From: a virus
Taxonomy: Duplodnaviria; Caudoviricetes
DNA: 64,000 nucleotides
Reading direction: 5' to 3' (one strand)
IMG/VR virus record: IMGVR_UViG_3300042508_000526
Below are positions 39,534 to 50,400 of the stretch, in pieces. Both the position numbers and the translations under genes were made by a program. Below the pieces are notes generated by a model, which ran no database searches, was not told the origin of the DNA, and saw nothing but the letters and a program-made list of their open reading frames with translations. The stretch's first letter is position 1. Each line of letters begins with the position of its first letter.

Positions 39534-39938
39534 CTAAAAAAGTGTAACTGCAAAACCGACCCAAAATCGGATACCGGTATGCTTATCGCTATCGTTTGCG
39601 TACAGCAACTCTACTGGGTTGCCGGTGACAATAAATAGTTGGTCTACTTTGCCGGGCAACTTACCCGCGCAAGATAATCCGAGCTGCAGCATAAACGCCA
39701 GCGCTAAATCGGACGTCGGATGTAAATCATACGAGAACAGCGGAATACGTAAATACTCGTCGTTTTTCGTAAACGCCCAAACCGGATTTTCATTTGGGTT
39801 AAACGGCGCGTCCAACACAATCCAATCTTTGTTTCCTGCGTCATCGGCAGGAACTAAAAGAGCTGGCGCAAACGGCAGTCCGTCCGGCCAATTGGCTTTT
39901 GTTTTATTTAAGTCTACGCGCGCTGTTCTTAGTTTCAT
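39534..39938 (-). CDS. hypothetical protein
   Basis: ATGA overlap with upstream gene. Confidence 0.65.
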   Translation of the reverse strand: MKLRTARVDLNKTKANWPDGLPFAPALLVPADDAGNKDWIVLDAPFNPNENPVWAFTKNDEYLRIPLFSYDLHPTSDLALAFMLQLGLSCAGKLPGKVDQLFIVTGNPVELLYANDSDKHTGIRFWVGFAVTLF

Positions 39939-40660
39939 TGGTAGTCGTGGCCAATCGGTTGTTCTTTAGCTGCCCGTCTGGACCCCGCAGCCTCGACGCC
40001 ATCGGCATTGGCGTTGATCCATATGCCGTCGCGAAAATGGCAGACTACCAGATTTTGCTGTCTGCACAACTCCCCAAACATGACGTCTAAGCCCGCATGA
40101 ATTTTTGTATCTGGCGGCCAGTTACATTGCTGTAAAACAGCTGTCTGCGCCGCCCACCAGCTGCCCGCAGCATGCGTAATATACGGCTGCGGTTCTTTGT
40201 CGTTATACCACGGCTGAGCTTTTATCCAATTTGCCTGATTTCCTACAAGCCGGGTTTTGTAAACAGAACCAACTACTGCGTTAGATTGCAGCTGCTGTTG
40301 CAGCCGCGGCAGCCAACTGTCGATATCAGTGTCCGGCGCAAAACACGAGTCGTCATCAAACCAGACGGTTATAGGCGCCGTAATCGGCGTCGAGTAAAAC
40401 AGCCGGCGCATCATCGGGTATTTGTGTATGTTGTGCGGCGAGTCGATAACTTGCGCGTTTTTAAAGTGCGCAGAAATCTGCTGCTGTATAAACAAACGAG
40501 TTTCGTCGCTCACGGCATTGCAGCCGAAACGAAACTCAACCGGATACGCAGCTAACTGCTGCATCGGTTTGTTTAAGACACGCTGCGCCAGTTTATGGCA
40601 AGCCGCATCGCTGCCATAAAACAACACGCACACGCAGACAATAGCGGCTCCATCCGCCAT
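39935..40660 (-). CDS. GT-A-like glycosyltransferase (DxD motif)
   Basis: GGAG SD; ITVWFDDDSCF...AVVGSVY...GSWWAA...LDVMFGELCRQ follows GT2 topology. Confidence 0.55.
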   Translation of the reverse strand: MADGAAIVCVCVLFYGSDAACHKLAQRVLNKPMQQLAAYPVEFRFGCNAVSDETRLFIQQQISAHFKNAQVIDSPHNIHKYPMMRRLFYSTPITAPITVWFDDDSCFAPDTDIDSWLPRLQQQLQSNAVVGSVYKTRLVGNQANWIKAQPWYNDKEPQPYITHAAGSWWAAQTAVLQQCNWPPDTKIHAGLDVMFGELCRQQNLVVCHFRDGIWINANADGVEAAGSRRAAKEQPIGHDYQ

Positions 40661-40684
40661 ATCGACTCCGTTCTTTATCGCGTC

Positions 40685-41110
40685 TTATAGCCGCTTATAG
40701 CCGGTCTCAATAATGTCCGCGATTTGCGCAAAAGAAAAGCCGTCGTCATTCAGCTCAGCCAAAGCGTCATGCACACTCGGCGGGCGAATAGTGCCATGAT
40801 CGTCGTACATACCAGCCCACCGCCGTACGCGCGCCGGCAAAACAGCCTCACCGTTAACCGGCTCTTTCCCGAAACAAAAGATCGTCGTTCCGGCGGGCAG
40901 CGCGCGAATATCTTTCTTGCCAGATTTGCGACGATTGGTCACAAACTTTTTATTCGCCGGAACAGCCTTCTGGTAAAGCTCGCAAAGCACCCCGAGACAA
41001 CAGTGCCGGGTCGTGCCGCTTTTGGTTTTAACTTTGAGCGCGCGGCGACCTTGTTTGTACTTTTTAGATCGAAGTGCCACGACCCACTTTTCTGCAATTG
41101 CCTTTTTCAT
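40685..41110 (-). CDS. conserved phage hypothetical protein
   Basis: KWVVALRSKKYKQGRRAL...CCLGVLCEL...LAELND.GFSFAQIADIIE pattern; start moved to MKKAIA. Confidence 0.7.
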   Translation of the reverse strand: MKKAIAEKWVVALRSKKYKQGRRALKVKTKSGTTRHCCLGVLCELYQKAVPANKKFVTNRRKSGKKDIRALPAGTTIFCFGKEPVNGEAVLPARVRRWAGMYDDHGTIRPPSVHDALAELNDDGFSFAQIADIIETGYKRL

Positions 41111-41169
41111 GTTTTTCCTATTACGACTGGCGGCTCCATCCGCGCCAAAGGCTCCATCCAAACACCAAC

Positions 41170-41718
41170 CTACAACTTCACGGGTTTCATGTGTGCACGC
41201 GCCACGGCAACCGGTAAGACAACCGGCGCCGCGCGAGATCGGCCAAGGGAGGTCATAGCCCGCATGACTGTTTTCGAGTCCGGTACGCGACCACCCTTTG
41301 CGTCTTTAATCATGCTTTCAATCGCATCTAGAAACGACGTGCGCTCTTTGAGCGAACCAAAATTAAACCGCACAGAAAATTGCGTGACAGTCTTACCCGC
41401 GTGCTCGTCTGCCACATCGCAACGCTCCCACGCCGCATCTTTTGCGCCGCGGGTATACACGACAGACAGCCGACCAACCATGTCATAGATAACAATAACC
41501 GCCGATTTGTCGATATCTGTTACGAGCGTAAACGCGTGAGGAAATCGAGTCGACGGAATAAACGGTAGCTTTTCAGCCATATCGCTGGATAAGTCGATAC
41601 GCTGAAGCTGTAACGGAAAAGTTCGGTTGCCTAGCTTGTTGTCAGAAACAAAAAACTCAGCCTCCAAAGCACCGACACCCGGTTCGATTACGACCGGCAC
41701 ATTGCGTACAGAAAACAT
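41170..41718 (-). CDS. hypothetical protein
   Basis: GAGG SD; 182 aa. Confidence 0.65.
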   Translation of the reverse strand: MFSVRNVPVVIEPGVGALEAEFFVSDNKLGNRTFPLQLQRIDLSSDMAEKLPFIPSTRFPHAFTLVTDIDKSAVIVIYDMVGRLSVVYTRGAKDAAWERCDVADEHAGKTVTQFSVRFNFGSLKERTSFLDAIESMIKDAKGGRVPDSKTVMRAMTSLGRSRAAPVVLPVAVARAHMKPVKL

Positions 41719-41727
41719 AACAGCCTC

Positions 41728-42615
41728 TCATCGTGTAATGTCCGACCGGCGACGTTGCGGTACGGAATCCTCATCTTCTTCTTCGGTCTCGTCTTCCCTG
41801 CTGTTTAGCTCTTCTTGTACCTTTGTGCACATGGCCACATGATCAGAAATAATGTCCGACAACTTACTGAAATTTTCGACGACCTCGTTGAAATACCCCA
41901 TCGTGGTTTCATCGAGTTTTGTCGGAGACGCATTTGCGATGTCGTCGTAGATATTGTCGCTCTTCTCGCAAAGCCACAAGGCCTCCGAGCGCGCAATAAA
42001 CCGCCGCTGATGCTGCAGCAAGTCGTAGATCTGCTGCTTGATGCCCTTGGGCGCCTGATGCGTGCGTCCACTATTCTTCTGCTTGCCGCGAATCTCCTGC
42101 AGCTCCGTGGCCAACGTCCGGGCGGTGTACGCCTCCTCGGCGCACTTGCTCTCAATGGCCTGCCGCTGCGTGTCGTCGGGGATCTGCGACAGCAGCTGCA
42201 CGTGCGAGGTCGTGATGCGCCACCGCGGCCGATCGGGGCAGCGCATGGCCAGCAGCCTAGTGATCTCACCCTCGCTGGGATACTTCTCGAAGAAGTTCAC
42301 GGCGCCGCGAAGCTGCTCTGCCGTATAGATCGGCGCGAAGATGGAGATGATCAACGACGCCCCGTCGACGTGCGCCGCCTGCTGCTGCGGCGTTAAGTAC
42401 CGCTCTGGATCATCGCGCACTTCGGTGATAAGCCTGCCGACCCGCCAAAACGACGTCAGATTTGCCACCTGAATATCGCTGAACAGGTTTTCAATCTCGG
42501 ATACGACGTCTTGTAACGCCGGCGTGAGATTGTCGGCCGCGGTGAGGTATGGCGAGTTACGAGCATCAATGATTTCCGCTTGGATCGCCAGCGCGGCCTT
42601 TGATTTCCTACCCAT
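41728..42615 (-). CDS. hypothetical helical protein with DUF1016-N-like start and acidic tail
   Basis: AAGGAG SD; LTSFWRVGRLI resembles the DUF1016 N-terminal helix (weak). Confidence 0.7.
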   Translation of the reverse strand: MGRKSKAALAIQAEIIDARNSPYLTAADNLTPALQDVVSEIENLFSDIQVANLTSFWRVGRLITEVRDDPERYLTPQQQAAHVDGASLIISIFAPIYTAEQLRGAVNFFEKYPSEGEITRLLAMRCPDRPRWRITTSHVQLLSQIPDDTQRQAIESKCAEEAYTARTLATELQEIRGKQKNSGRTHQAPKGIKQQIYDLLQHQRRFIARSEALWLCEKSDNIYDDIANASPTKLDETTMGYFNEVVENFSKLSDIISDHVAMCTKVQEELNSREDETEEEDEDSVPQRRRSDITR

Positions 42616-42644
42616 TTCTGCTCTCCTTGGTTAAAGGTATCAAA

Positions 42645-43796
42645 CTACTTTTTCTTCCTGACTTTAATGTCAGGCAACAAGATTCGTAACGCTGTTGATT
42701 GCAGGTGATCGCGCAGTACGCAGTATTGCGACCGCGAGCACCGCAAGATTGAACAAAACAAGTCATATGCCGTACGTGTTCTTAAAACTTCCTTTGTATA
42801 AACACTCAAAACATCTCTAGCCTCCAAATCAGATCCAACCATGGCGGCGTTTTTAAGAATCTGTTTTGCATCTTCGCGCGAAACTTTGAATTTCGCCAAG
42901 TACGCCGCCCACTTGTCATAGGCAGCTTCAAGCGTGTCCTTGTCGTCTGAAAACTCTAATGACACGCGCATCAGCTCAGCAATACGCTTTGCGACGACAT
43001 TCATATCAATTACTCTGTCCGCCGCACGCGAGACCAGTATGGCCGTGCGTCCGACGAGATCGGCGCCAATGTGGTTTAACCGCGCGCCGACACTCGCCGG
43101 TTCGACCGCGACGCCAAACTTCGTATACAGGCACGTGTTAGCCCGAATAGCGTTGCCCGTGTCTTCGCGGTTTGCAAAGTACCAACCAGCCGCAAAATTA
43201 TGCCGTGGGTCTGTATAAATATCTGACCGCCGGGTGGCTGGATCGATAAAATACAGCCGCAATTCACGGCCTAACAACTCGGCGCGAAAAAACTCGGCCG
43301 ACGGCTGTTTTGCTGTTAACTCGTTTACGACTGTTTCCAAAAATACGCTGTTGTCGAGCAGCCTGTGGTCTAGCCCCAGAAAGCCGTCAATCGTCTGCTC
43401 GCGATGACTCACCAGCAGATTACGCTCTCGGATAGCTTCAAATCGTACGCGCAGCGTCGTGTTGTAAATGCTCACGGCCGCCGCGACGTCGGTTTCGCGG
43501 GCGAGCATTTTGATATTACGCACGTTCTCGCCGGACAACTCGTTGAACAACTGCGCTAAGCCAACAGATAGCGAAGACGCCAACGCACGAAAACCGACGG
43601 CGTTAAACCGATAGCCGCTCTCTGCGATGCGGCCGTCAGCGCTCATTAGCAGCTGCGACTCGTCTACAACGGGGACGGATTCTGTCGTAGATGAGCGATT
43701 TGCCAGAAAGCTGCGGCAGTCTTCAAACTGCCCCGCCGAGAAGGCGAACGCTGGCACAGGTGCGAAGATACTGCGGAGAGTAGCGGCCGACGACAT
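42645..43796 (-). CDS. hypothetical protein, possibly divergent DUF932-like
   Basis: AAGGA SD; DGFLG.D...LDN..F, ELRLYFI, GWYFANRED.G..I loosely follow the DUF932 pattern. Confidence 0.6.
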   Translation of the reverse strand: MSSAATLRSIFAPVPAFAFSAGQFEDCRSFLANRSSTTESVPVVDESQLLMSADGRIAESGYRFNAVGFRALASSLSVGLAQLFNELSGENVRNIKMLARETDVAAAVSIYNTTLRVRFEAIRERNLLVSHREQTIDGFLGLDHRLLDNSVFLETVVNELTAKQPSAEFFRAELLGRELRLYFIDPATRRSDIYTDPRHNFAAGWYFANREDTGNAIRANTCLYTKFGVAVEPASVGARLNHIGADLVGRTAILVSRAADRVIDMNVVAKRIAELMRVSLEFSDDKDTLEAAYDKWAAYLAKFKVSREDAKQILKNAAMVGSDLEARDVLSVYTKEVLRTRTAYDLFCSILRCSRSQYCVLRDHLQSTALRILLPDIKVRKKK

Positions 43797-43814
43797 CCTT
43801 GCGCTCAGCTGTTT

Positions 43815-44381
43815 TTAGCCGTAATACCAGTCAGCCCCGATCGCCGCGAACAGCGTAGAAGTGTGCTCAACCGTCAAGTTCGACTTGTTAGTTGGCGGTA
43901 TGCTGCACCGCCATTGAATACGAGGACCGACAATACCGTCATCAGCGTCGCAGTTGTGCGCGCAAAGCATGGTGCGCACAATCGGGAAGCACATGACAAA
44001 TCGCCGGTCTAGATTCACTTCTAGCCTGTGCAGGTTTTTTGCAAGCGCCGCACATAATCTGTTTTTACCAGTTTTGTGGAGTTTGAACAGATCAGTAATT
44101 GTCAGCTCGTGTAGGCGCGGAATGCGTTTACCGTACAGCATGGCCGGAAAATTACGAAATTCAGAGTTAAACCACTCAAAATTTAACTTGTCGTGCCCGG
44201 TCATGTCGCGGCACTGGTTTACGTAACGACCCCAGCCTGATATTTTTACGCCGCACTCTTTAAACACACGCTTGATAATACGTTCTTCAAAAGCCAGCTG
44301 CCGCTGAAACCGAATAGCCTCTGCGCCTTCGCCGCCCTGATTGAACAGCTCACCAAAAAACTGATCACGCGAATCAGCCAT
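43815..44381 (-). CDS. hypothetical protein
   Basis: 188-aa ORF overlapping the upstream small ORF. Confidence 0.7.
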   Translation of the reverse strand: MADSRDQFFGELFNQGGEGAEAIRFQRQLAFEERIIKRVFKECGVKISGWGRYVNQCRDMTGHDKLNFEWFNSEFRNFPAMLYGKRIPRLHELTITDLFKLHKTGKNRLCAALAKNLHRLEVNLDRRFVMCFPIVRTMLCAHNCDADDGIVGPRIQWRCSIPPTNKSNLTVEHTSTLFAAIGADWYYG

Positions 44382-44556
44382 TGGTGACCTTTTCCACAGC
44401 AGTCAAAAGTTGTTCAGCCTGCAAGATTTTGTCGCAGGCTGATTCACCGGGTGGAACGCAGTGATGCGTTTGCAGTATGTCACGCACCACCCACGCCAGC
44501 CACTCTACTTCTTCTTTGCTAAACGAAATAGTTATCCCAGACGCTGCTGCCGCCAT
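44374..44556 (-). CDS. small hypothetical protein
   Basis: Start coupled to the recA-like stop; stop overlaps the next start. Confidence 0.6.
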   Translation of the reverse strand: MAAAASGITISFSKEEVEWLAWVVRDILQTHHCVPPGESACDKILQAEQLLTAVEKVTNG

Positions 44557-45926
44557 TAGTCCACCTGTCCAAGCGGGTCAAAATCGGACGCCACAACTTC
44601 GCCGACTGTGCTCGACGCGGCCATAAGCTCCGGCACGTCAGTCATCTCGTTCTTCTTCAGCTCTTCCATCACCTGCTCGCGATACTTGCGGGCCGGGTCG
44701 CAGACGGTGTACTCGTTTACGCCGAGAAGACCGTGAAGCATGCCGAGCACCTTGGGGTTGTCCTCAAGAATGATGGACGCTTCGACCTCAGATACCGCTT
44801 CCTGTTTCGAGATGCCGAGCGCCTTTGAAAACACCAACGGCGTCTCGGCGTTCTTGGTGCCGTGCTTGTATTCAAGATCGCAGACCTGCTTGAGCAGACC
44901 GGGCAGCTTGGGGTCCATGCCGGGAACAGGTTTGCCGTCGCCGGCCTGTAACTCCATCAGCAACCGAATCGACGCCGTGTGCCAGTCCCAGAAATGAAAC
45001 TGCTGGTTCTTGAACGTCTCATTACCGTTCTTGTCGTGCGACGGCACAATTTCGTTGTACCAAAGCAAATTAACGACAATTTTGCGCCCGGGCGCGCCAA
45101 GATTATTTTTCGTAGCGGTAATGCGGATAGATGACCCTTCATACCGCGCCGGGATATTCTTTTGCGACGCCTTGGACATGTCGAGAATTAACGTCGGGTA
45201 ATAATCGAGACTAGCACCACCCGGCGCATATTTCTTCGGTGGGCCAAAGCCCATCGAATTAATTTCTTCCTTCAAGTGGTTCGTGGCCACCAGTGCAATC
45301 GGGTAGTGCCGCAAAGTAGGCACCAGCGCCGTACGCATGAAGTCAGAAAGATTGCGGGCCAGATACGGGTGACCAGCAGCAGCGTGACCCTCATCCGCCA
45401 CTTTTTCAACGCGACGATCAACCTCGACAGCAGAAATAGAGTCGACGCCGATACAAATAGGAATAACACGTTCCGGCGCGTTAGCCGCGTCGATTTGCTT
45501 GTGAATTGCCTGACAGAAGCCCATATACTTCTTCTGCCACTCTTCCACACTAGCCGCAGTCTCGACGCGCGTGCGCCCGATGTACTGCTGGTTGTGGCTG
45601 AACAAGCCGGCCATCATGGTCGGCGAACCCTTGTTCTCCGTGTCGATCATGATGGCGCCGCCGCCGTACATGTGAAACCACCGCATGATCTCGATAAGAA
45701 ACGCAGACTTGCCAGCGCTAAACTCACCGCGAAGCTGCGTAAAGCGAGACAGCGGAAAGATGTTCGCCTGCAGCAGATACCGCGCGGCTAGCGTCGGCAA
45801 CGGCAGACCAATGAGCGGATCTTGATCTTCCGCCGTGGCCTTCAGGACTTCAGTGATAACTGGATGCTCGCCGTTGCGGGCGTGAACATCAATGACGTCG
45901 GATTCTTCTTTACGTTTGCGACCCAT
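44556..45926 (-). CDS. recA: RecA/UvsX-like recombinase
   Basis: GEFSAGKS Walker A, IDTEN, IGVDSIS Walker B, ATNHLKEEI, APGGASLDYY, ITATKNNLGAPGRK; start moved to MGRKRK. Confidence 0.88.
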   Translation of the reverse strand: MGRKRKEESDVIDVHARNGEHPVITEVLKATAEDQDPLIGLPLPTLAARYLLQANIFPLSRFTQLRGEFSAGKSAFLIEIMRWFHMYGGGAIMIDTENKGSPTMMAGLFSHNQQYIGRTRVETAASVEEWQKKYMGFCQAIHKQIDAANAPERVIPICIGVDSISAVEVDRRVEKVADEGHAAAGHPYLARNLSDFMRTALVPTLRHYPIALVATNHLKEEINSMGFGPPKKYAPGGASLDYYPTLILDMSKASQKNIPARYEGSSIRITATKNNLGAPGRKIVVNLLWYNEIVPSHDKNGNETFKNQQFHFWDWHTASIRLLMELQAGDGKPVPGMDPKLPGLLKQVCDLEYKHGTKNAETPLVFSKALGISKQEAVSEVEASIILEDNPKVLGMLHGLLGVNEYTVCDPARKYREQVMEELKKNEMTDVPELMAASSTVGEVVASDFDPLGQVD

Positions 45927-46019
45927 AAATTCCCTTCTGATGTGAAAGCCCCGGCTCCGGCACACGCGCCCAGAGAAATACGCGGTGCCGGAGCCAGTGC
46001 AAAAGCTACTTAGCGAAAG

Positions 46020-47399
46020 CTACTTAGCAGAGGCACGCGCGCGGGCACGAGCCAGAATATCCGCAGAATCGCGCTTCTGCGCCGCTGGGGCCGGAGCCGC
46101 AGGAGCAGGAGCGGAAGCAGAAAACATATCCGCAACACTATCCGCCGCTTCCGGCGAGATCTCACCAGCTACTTCGGGTTGCGGGTCCCACGGCGCAGGA
46201 GGATCAGCTGGAGGAGCCTTAGCCGCCGCCTTCGGCTTTGCCGCGGGCTGCGTGCGCTCCATATGCTCTTCCTCAAGCTCTTCGACATCAACGCCGGCAC
46301 CAGTAAACGTTGCCGTGCTCTTCGGCACCGTACGCAGGTACTCGGGGAACTCGCGCCACGCGAAATCCAGCGCCTCACGCGGGAAAGCTGTGGCTAACAA
46401 CTCAGCCTGCTCTTCGTAGGTCGGAACCCACAGATAATCGTCCCAAGACTGCGTCTCGGCAACGATCTTGTCGGCGTACGGCTCAAGAGAAACCTCTTGA
46501 CCCTGATACGTGTCGTGCAGCACGGCGAAGTGCGTGAAATCACTGCGCGACTGCGGATAACCGACAACAAACTGCGCGTCCTTCTTGTTACTCAGCGCAA
46601 ACTTCGGGCACTGGAACGTTGCCGGTCCGGCCGCAGACGTCGCGATGACGTTCTTGGAGCCGCTGACAAAGTTATCAGGCAGGAAGGTGATAAGCTTGGC
46701 AGGGCCAAAAGACAGCATATCGCCGCTCATGTACTCGCCAGTGCTTTCGTCACGAACGCTGAGCGCTGAATACAACGCCTGTGTGGCGCTGGTCTTCAGG
46801 CCGATAACACGAGCGCGACGCTTTTCTTTTTCATCGTCAGAAAAAGCGCCAAGAACAACCTGCCCGTTCTCGTCAACGTAAACGACGCTGGCGGAAATGA
46901 ACAGCGTCTTCTCAGGCTTCTTCAAAGACCCGATGTGCGAATCACGCACAAAGTTCTTTGACAAAAGATCGCTGAAAAGCCGGCCAATACCCGGCGTATC
47001 CTTGTTGTCCCACGCGGCCTTGCGCAGAACGTGCAGCGGGCTCTCGTACAAATTGACTTCAGGATTGCCGTCATGAATGATGAAGCACACACCGGGATTT
47101 CCAACCCAGTGGGCGCAAGTCATCAGCCGGCTCCAGTCGCCAAACGCGACGCCGTCACGGCCTTCGCGCAAGTTAACAAACTCGCGGGAACCGCCGGAAC
47201 CACCCTCTTCGTAGATGGGTAGTAGGCGTAAACACATGCCGTTATCAAGAAGCTCTCGACCAGCAGCAACGAGAACGTTGTTCTGCTTGCCGTAAGCGTA
47301 ACGGCTCTTCTTACCTCCGGTCCCGCCAGAGCCGATGTTATGGGCTTTGCGGTACTCGGGATCAATAGCGGCTAAATTTTGCGCGCTGTAACGTGGCAT
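46020..47399 (-). CDS. probable ssDNA-binding/recombination protein
   Basis: LRLLP motif near the N-terminus, beta-rich core, long acidic/Pro-Ala tail; lies between pol and recA (inference). Start moved to MPRYS with AAAGG SD. Confidence 0.5.
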   Translation of the reverse strand: MPRYSAQNLAAIDPEYRKAHNIGSGGTGGKKSRYAYGKQNNVLVAAGRELLDNGMCLRLLPIYEEGGSGGSREFVNLREGRDGVAFGDWSRLMTCAHWVGNPGVCFIIHDGNPEVNLYESPLHVLRKAAWDNKDTPGIGRLFSDLLSKNFVRDSHIGSLKKPEKTLFISASVVYVDENGQVVLGAFSDDEKEKRRARVIGLKTSATQALYSALSVRDESTGEYMSGDMLSFGPAKLITFLPDNFVSGSKNVIATSAAGPATFQCPKFALSNKKDAQFVVGYPQSRSDFTHFAVLHDTYQGQEVSLEPYADKIVAETQSWDDYLWVPTYEEQAELLATAFPREALDFAWREFPEYLRTVPKSTATFTGAGVDVEELEEEHMERTQPAAKPKAAAKAPPADPPAPWDPQPEVAGEISPEAADSVADMFSASAPAPAAPAPAAQKRDSADILARARARASAK

Positions 47400-47448
47400 A
47401 AAAACCTTTCTATAATTGAGGGCCCAATTGCCCGTGTGAACTGCCTGC

Positions 47449-47476
47449 ATCATAGCAGACAAAATCGGCTTGTCTA
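47449..47476 (-). promoter_or_regulatory. sigma70-like promoter for the ssb-like/recA operon
   Basis: Minus strand TAGACA-16 bp-TATGAT with an extended -10 TGn (TGC TATGAT), overlapping the pol stop codon. Confidence 0.65.
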
Positions 47477-50400
47477 GCCCTTCTCCTCACAAAACCAATC
47501 GACCCCCAAACCCCGGGCATTTGAGGGTTTGAGGTTTTCTCCCCAGTGGAAAAATACGTCACGGCTCATACCGAAATGGTACGGACCCGCGCCTTCGATC
47601 AGTGTGCCGTCCAGCCGCCGTGGCCAGAACGGCACGCCGTCAACCATGCAATACGGAATAACTTCTTTGTACAACCGTTCAGCATGCTCTAGTGGCGCGA
47701 TCAATACAATCGCGTCGTGGATCTGTAACGCGATTTTGTAATCAATATCCGTGTGCTCTTCGCGGTAGCGATAGAAATTGTTGAGCGCAATAGACACCGC
47801 GTCAGCTACACCGCCCTGAATAGGGAAGTTCTGTGCTTGCCGCTCCTGCTCTCCACGGACCGCTTTATCGCGAGTCGCTACAAATCTGCGAAAACGCCCA
47901 TATGGTCCCATGAGCCAACCGGGATTTTGCGACCGCTGCCGGCACTCCGCTAGAAACGTTTTCGTCCCCGGATAGGAACTGAAATACGCGTCGATCATCG
48001 CCTGACACTGCTCAGGCGTGACTTCGTGACCTTCCTCTTTGCATTGCCGCGCCAACGCTTCTGGCCCGCGGCCGTACGGGATTCCAAAGTTTACGTTTTT
48101 TGCCGCAACACGGAGTCCCTTTACGCCTGCGTCAGCCATACCCTGCTTTGTCGGCACAACGCCGTCCAAATGGAATGTCTTAACGGCCTGCTGACTATGG
48201 ATGTCGTAATGGTCGGGGTGATCCTCTGGCAGAAGATTACGCCGAACATGTTCAATCATATTTTTGTCTTGCGACAACCACGCGAGGACCGCCAGTTCCG
48301 CACCAGTGAGGTCCGTTTCGATACCAACGCAGCCCTTGGGTACACAAAGGATCGAGCGGACGGGATGTTGATATCGGTCCTTTCCGAGGATGCGCTTGTA
48401 GTCGTCTTCGCGTCGCGAGCTGAGATTTTGTAGCGGAGGCCGTGAGCTGCTGGCGCGCCCAGTTTCCTTGGTTTGAAAGAGGTGAGTACGTACTTTACCG
48501 TCGGCGTGAACGCAGCCGACAAGACCTTTTTCATACGTGTAATTACCGTTGTCATCTAGCTCCAACTCTCCTTCTTCGTTTGACGCTGGCTTGCGCAGCA
48601 CAGACTGCAGCACCTGACTGATGAACTTGTAGTCACGAATTTTGGCCGCGGTCGAGTTGCCGTGCCCAAGAATGCCAAGGCTTTCTTTGTCTGTGCTGGG
48701 CGTTGCCGTGTCCGGATTAATCCCGCGCCAGCTCATTTCGGCCCACAACACCGGCCGCTTACCAGTCGTTTTAATCGGCCGCATATTCAGCAGCCGGGCG
48801 TCTTCTGGTATTTCCGGCGTGTTTGTATACCTGTCAGCAAACTTCCGCCCGAACAACGCAATCGCTAACTGCGGCTGAGATTTTGGATTGAAATTTGGCC
48901 AGTTAAGCGCATCGCGGATCTCTGCCAGCAAACGATCCTGCGTGTTCATAAACAGCGTCGTTAGCTCGTCGGCGCGGTTGCGATCCACAACCATGCCGGT
49001 CATTTCCATCTCCAGAAACGCCAGAGAAGAATTGTGCGCCGTCCAATACGGCAACCAGCAATCGTGCCCGGTAGAAGACCGAGCCAAAAGCCCGTCTTTG
49101 CCATTTGTTCCGTAGAACCGCATGGCAATGCGACGAGTTACGTCAACGTCGTATGAGGCGTACGGATGCAGCACGTGCGCCGGGCAGTTACCGTAGCCGC
49201 CCATCTCGCCGGCTTTGAGCTTGTGTTCGGTGCGGTACTTTTTCTTCCAGTTATCCAACGGCGTCCAGTATGTAGGCGCCGTTGTAAACCGCATTGAGCA
49301 CTCGTCTAAGCCATATCGCGCACACTCGTTTACGGCGTGATACATGAGACTCGTGTCCCATCCGCCGTGGGTGCGATCGTCGGGGTCTTGCGCGGGTGCG
49401 TACTCCGGACGTACATCAACACCAAAATTAATAAGCCATGGCAAGTCAGCACGGAAAAAGTGACCACCCACACGTACATGTCGTGTTGGCGTGCTTTTGA
49501 GCAGTCTAGTGAGTTGAACACGCGCTGCTTCCAAATCCGGCTTAAACGCATCTGCGCCCCCTTGATGGCGCAAAACAATAGTGCGCGCCCACTTGTCTTT
49601 GTTAGATATTTGAACCGTCCGCAGATAGGCACCGTCTTCTGTCGGATACTCGCCGTGCCACTCGCAGTCGATTGCGATGATATTGGCATTCGGGTCTGGA
49701 TCTGCGAGCATCTCGTTGACCACTTCTGTCAAAGCGGCTTCGGTATAAATATCAGCGTGATCAACAACTTCTTCGTCCTGCATCTCATTGTTAATCAGCG
49801 CTTTAAACCGTCGAATCTGCCCAATAAAATCTTCAGTGACTTCAGGTTTGCGCAGCACAAACGCCGGGTGCATCACAGATAGCGCTTTAATTTCTCGCTT
49901 TTCGCCCTGAATGTCGTACGCCGGGATTTCCAGCACACGACCGGATAAACCAGTCACAGCACTGTTTGTGCGCATGACAGCTTTCGTGGCCTCATTGCCA
50001 AGGCACAAAATGTAGTCAGGCTGAACAATCCGCAATTCCTGTTCGAGCAGGATTGCGCAATTTTTCAGCCACGAAGCCGGCACCGCTGTGATGTCATCTG
50101 TCGGCGGCGCAAACTTGCAGGCGAACGTGACATACCAGCGCTGATATTCAGCTTCAGATATGCCGCATTCTTCAAGAATGCCAGCTAGCGCGACCATGCC
50201 GGGACCAGCAGTTGCGCTAAGGCGCTCCATCTCGTAGTAGCCGGGAATCTTGCCGACCACCATTACACGAGCGCGCGCCCGAGGACCGAAAGAGTCTTCA
50301 GACAGCTGCGCGCCGCGTTCACCCCAGACGTGCCCCGGTAGAAACCGAACAGTAATCGGCTCTTTCGAAGACTTGTGCGAAATTGGCAGATGAAAATCTG

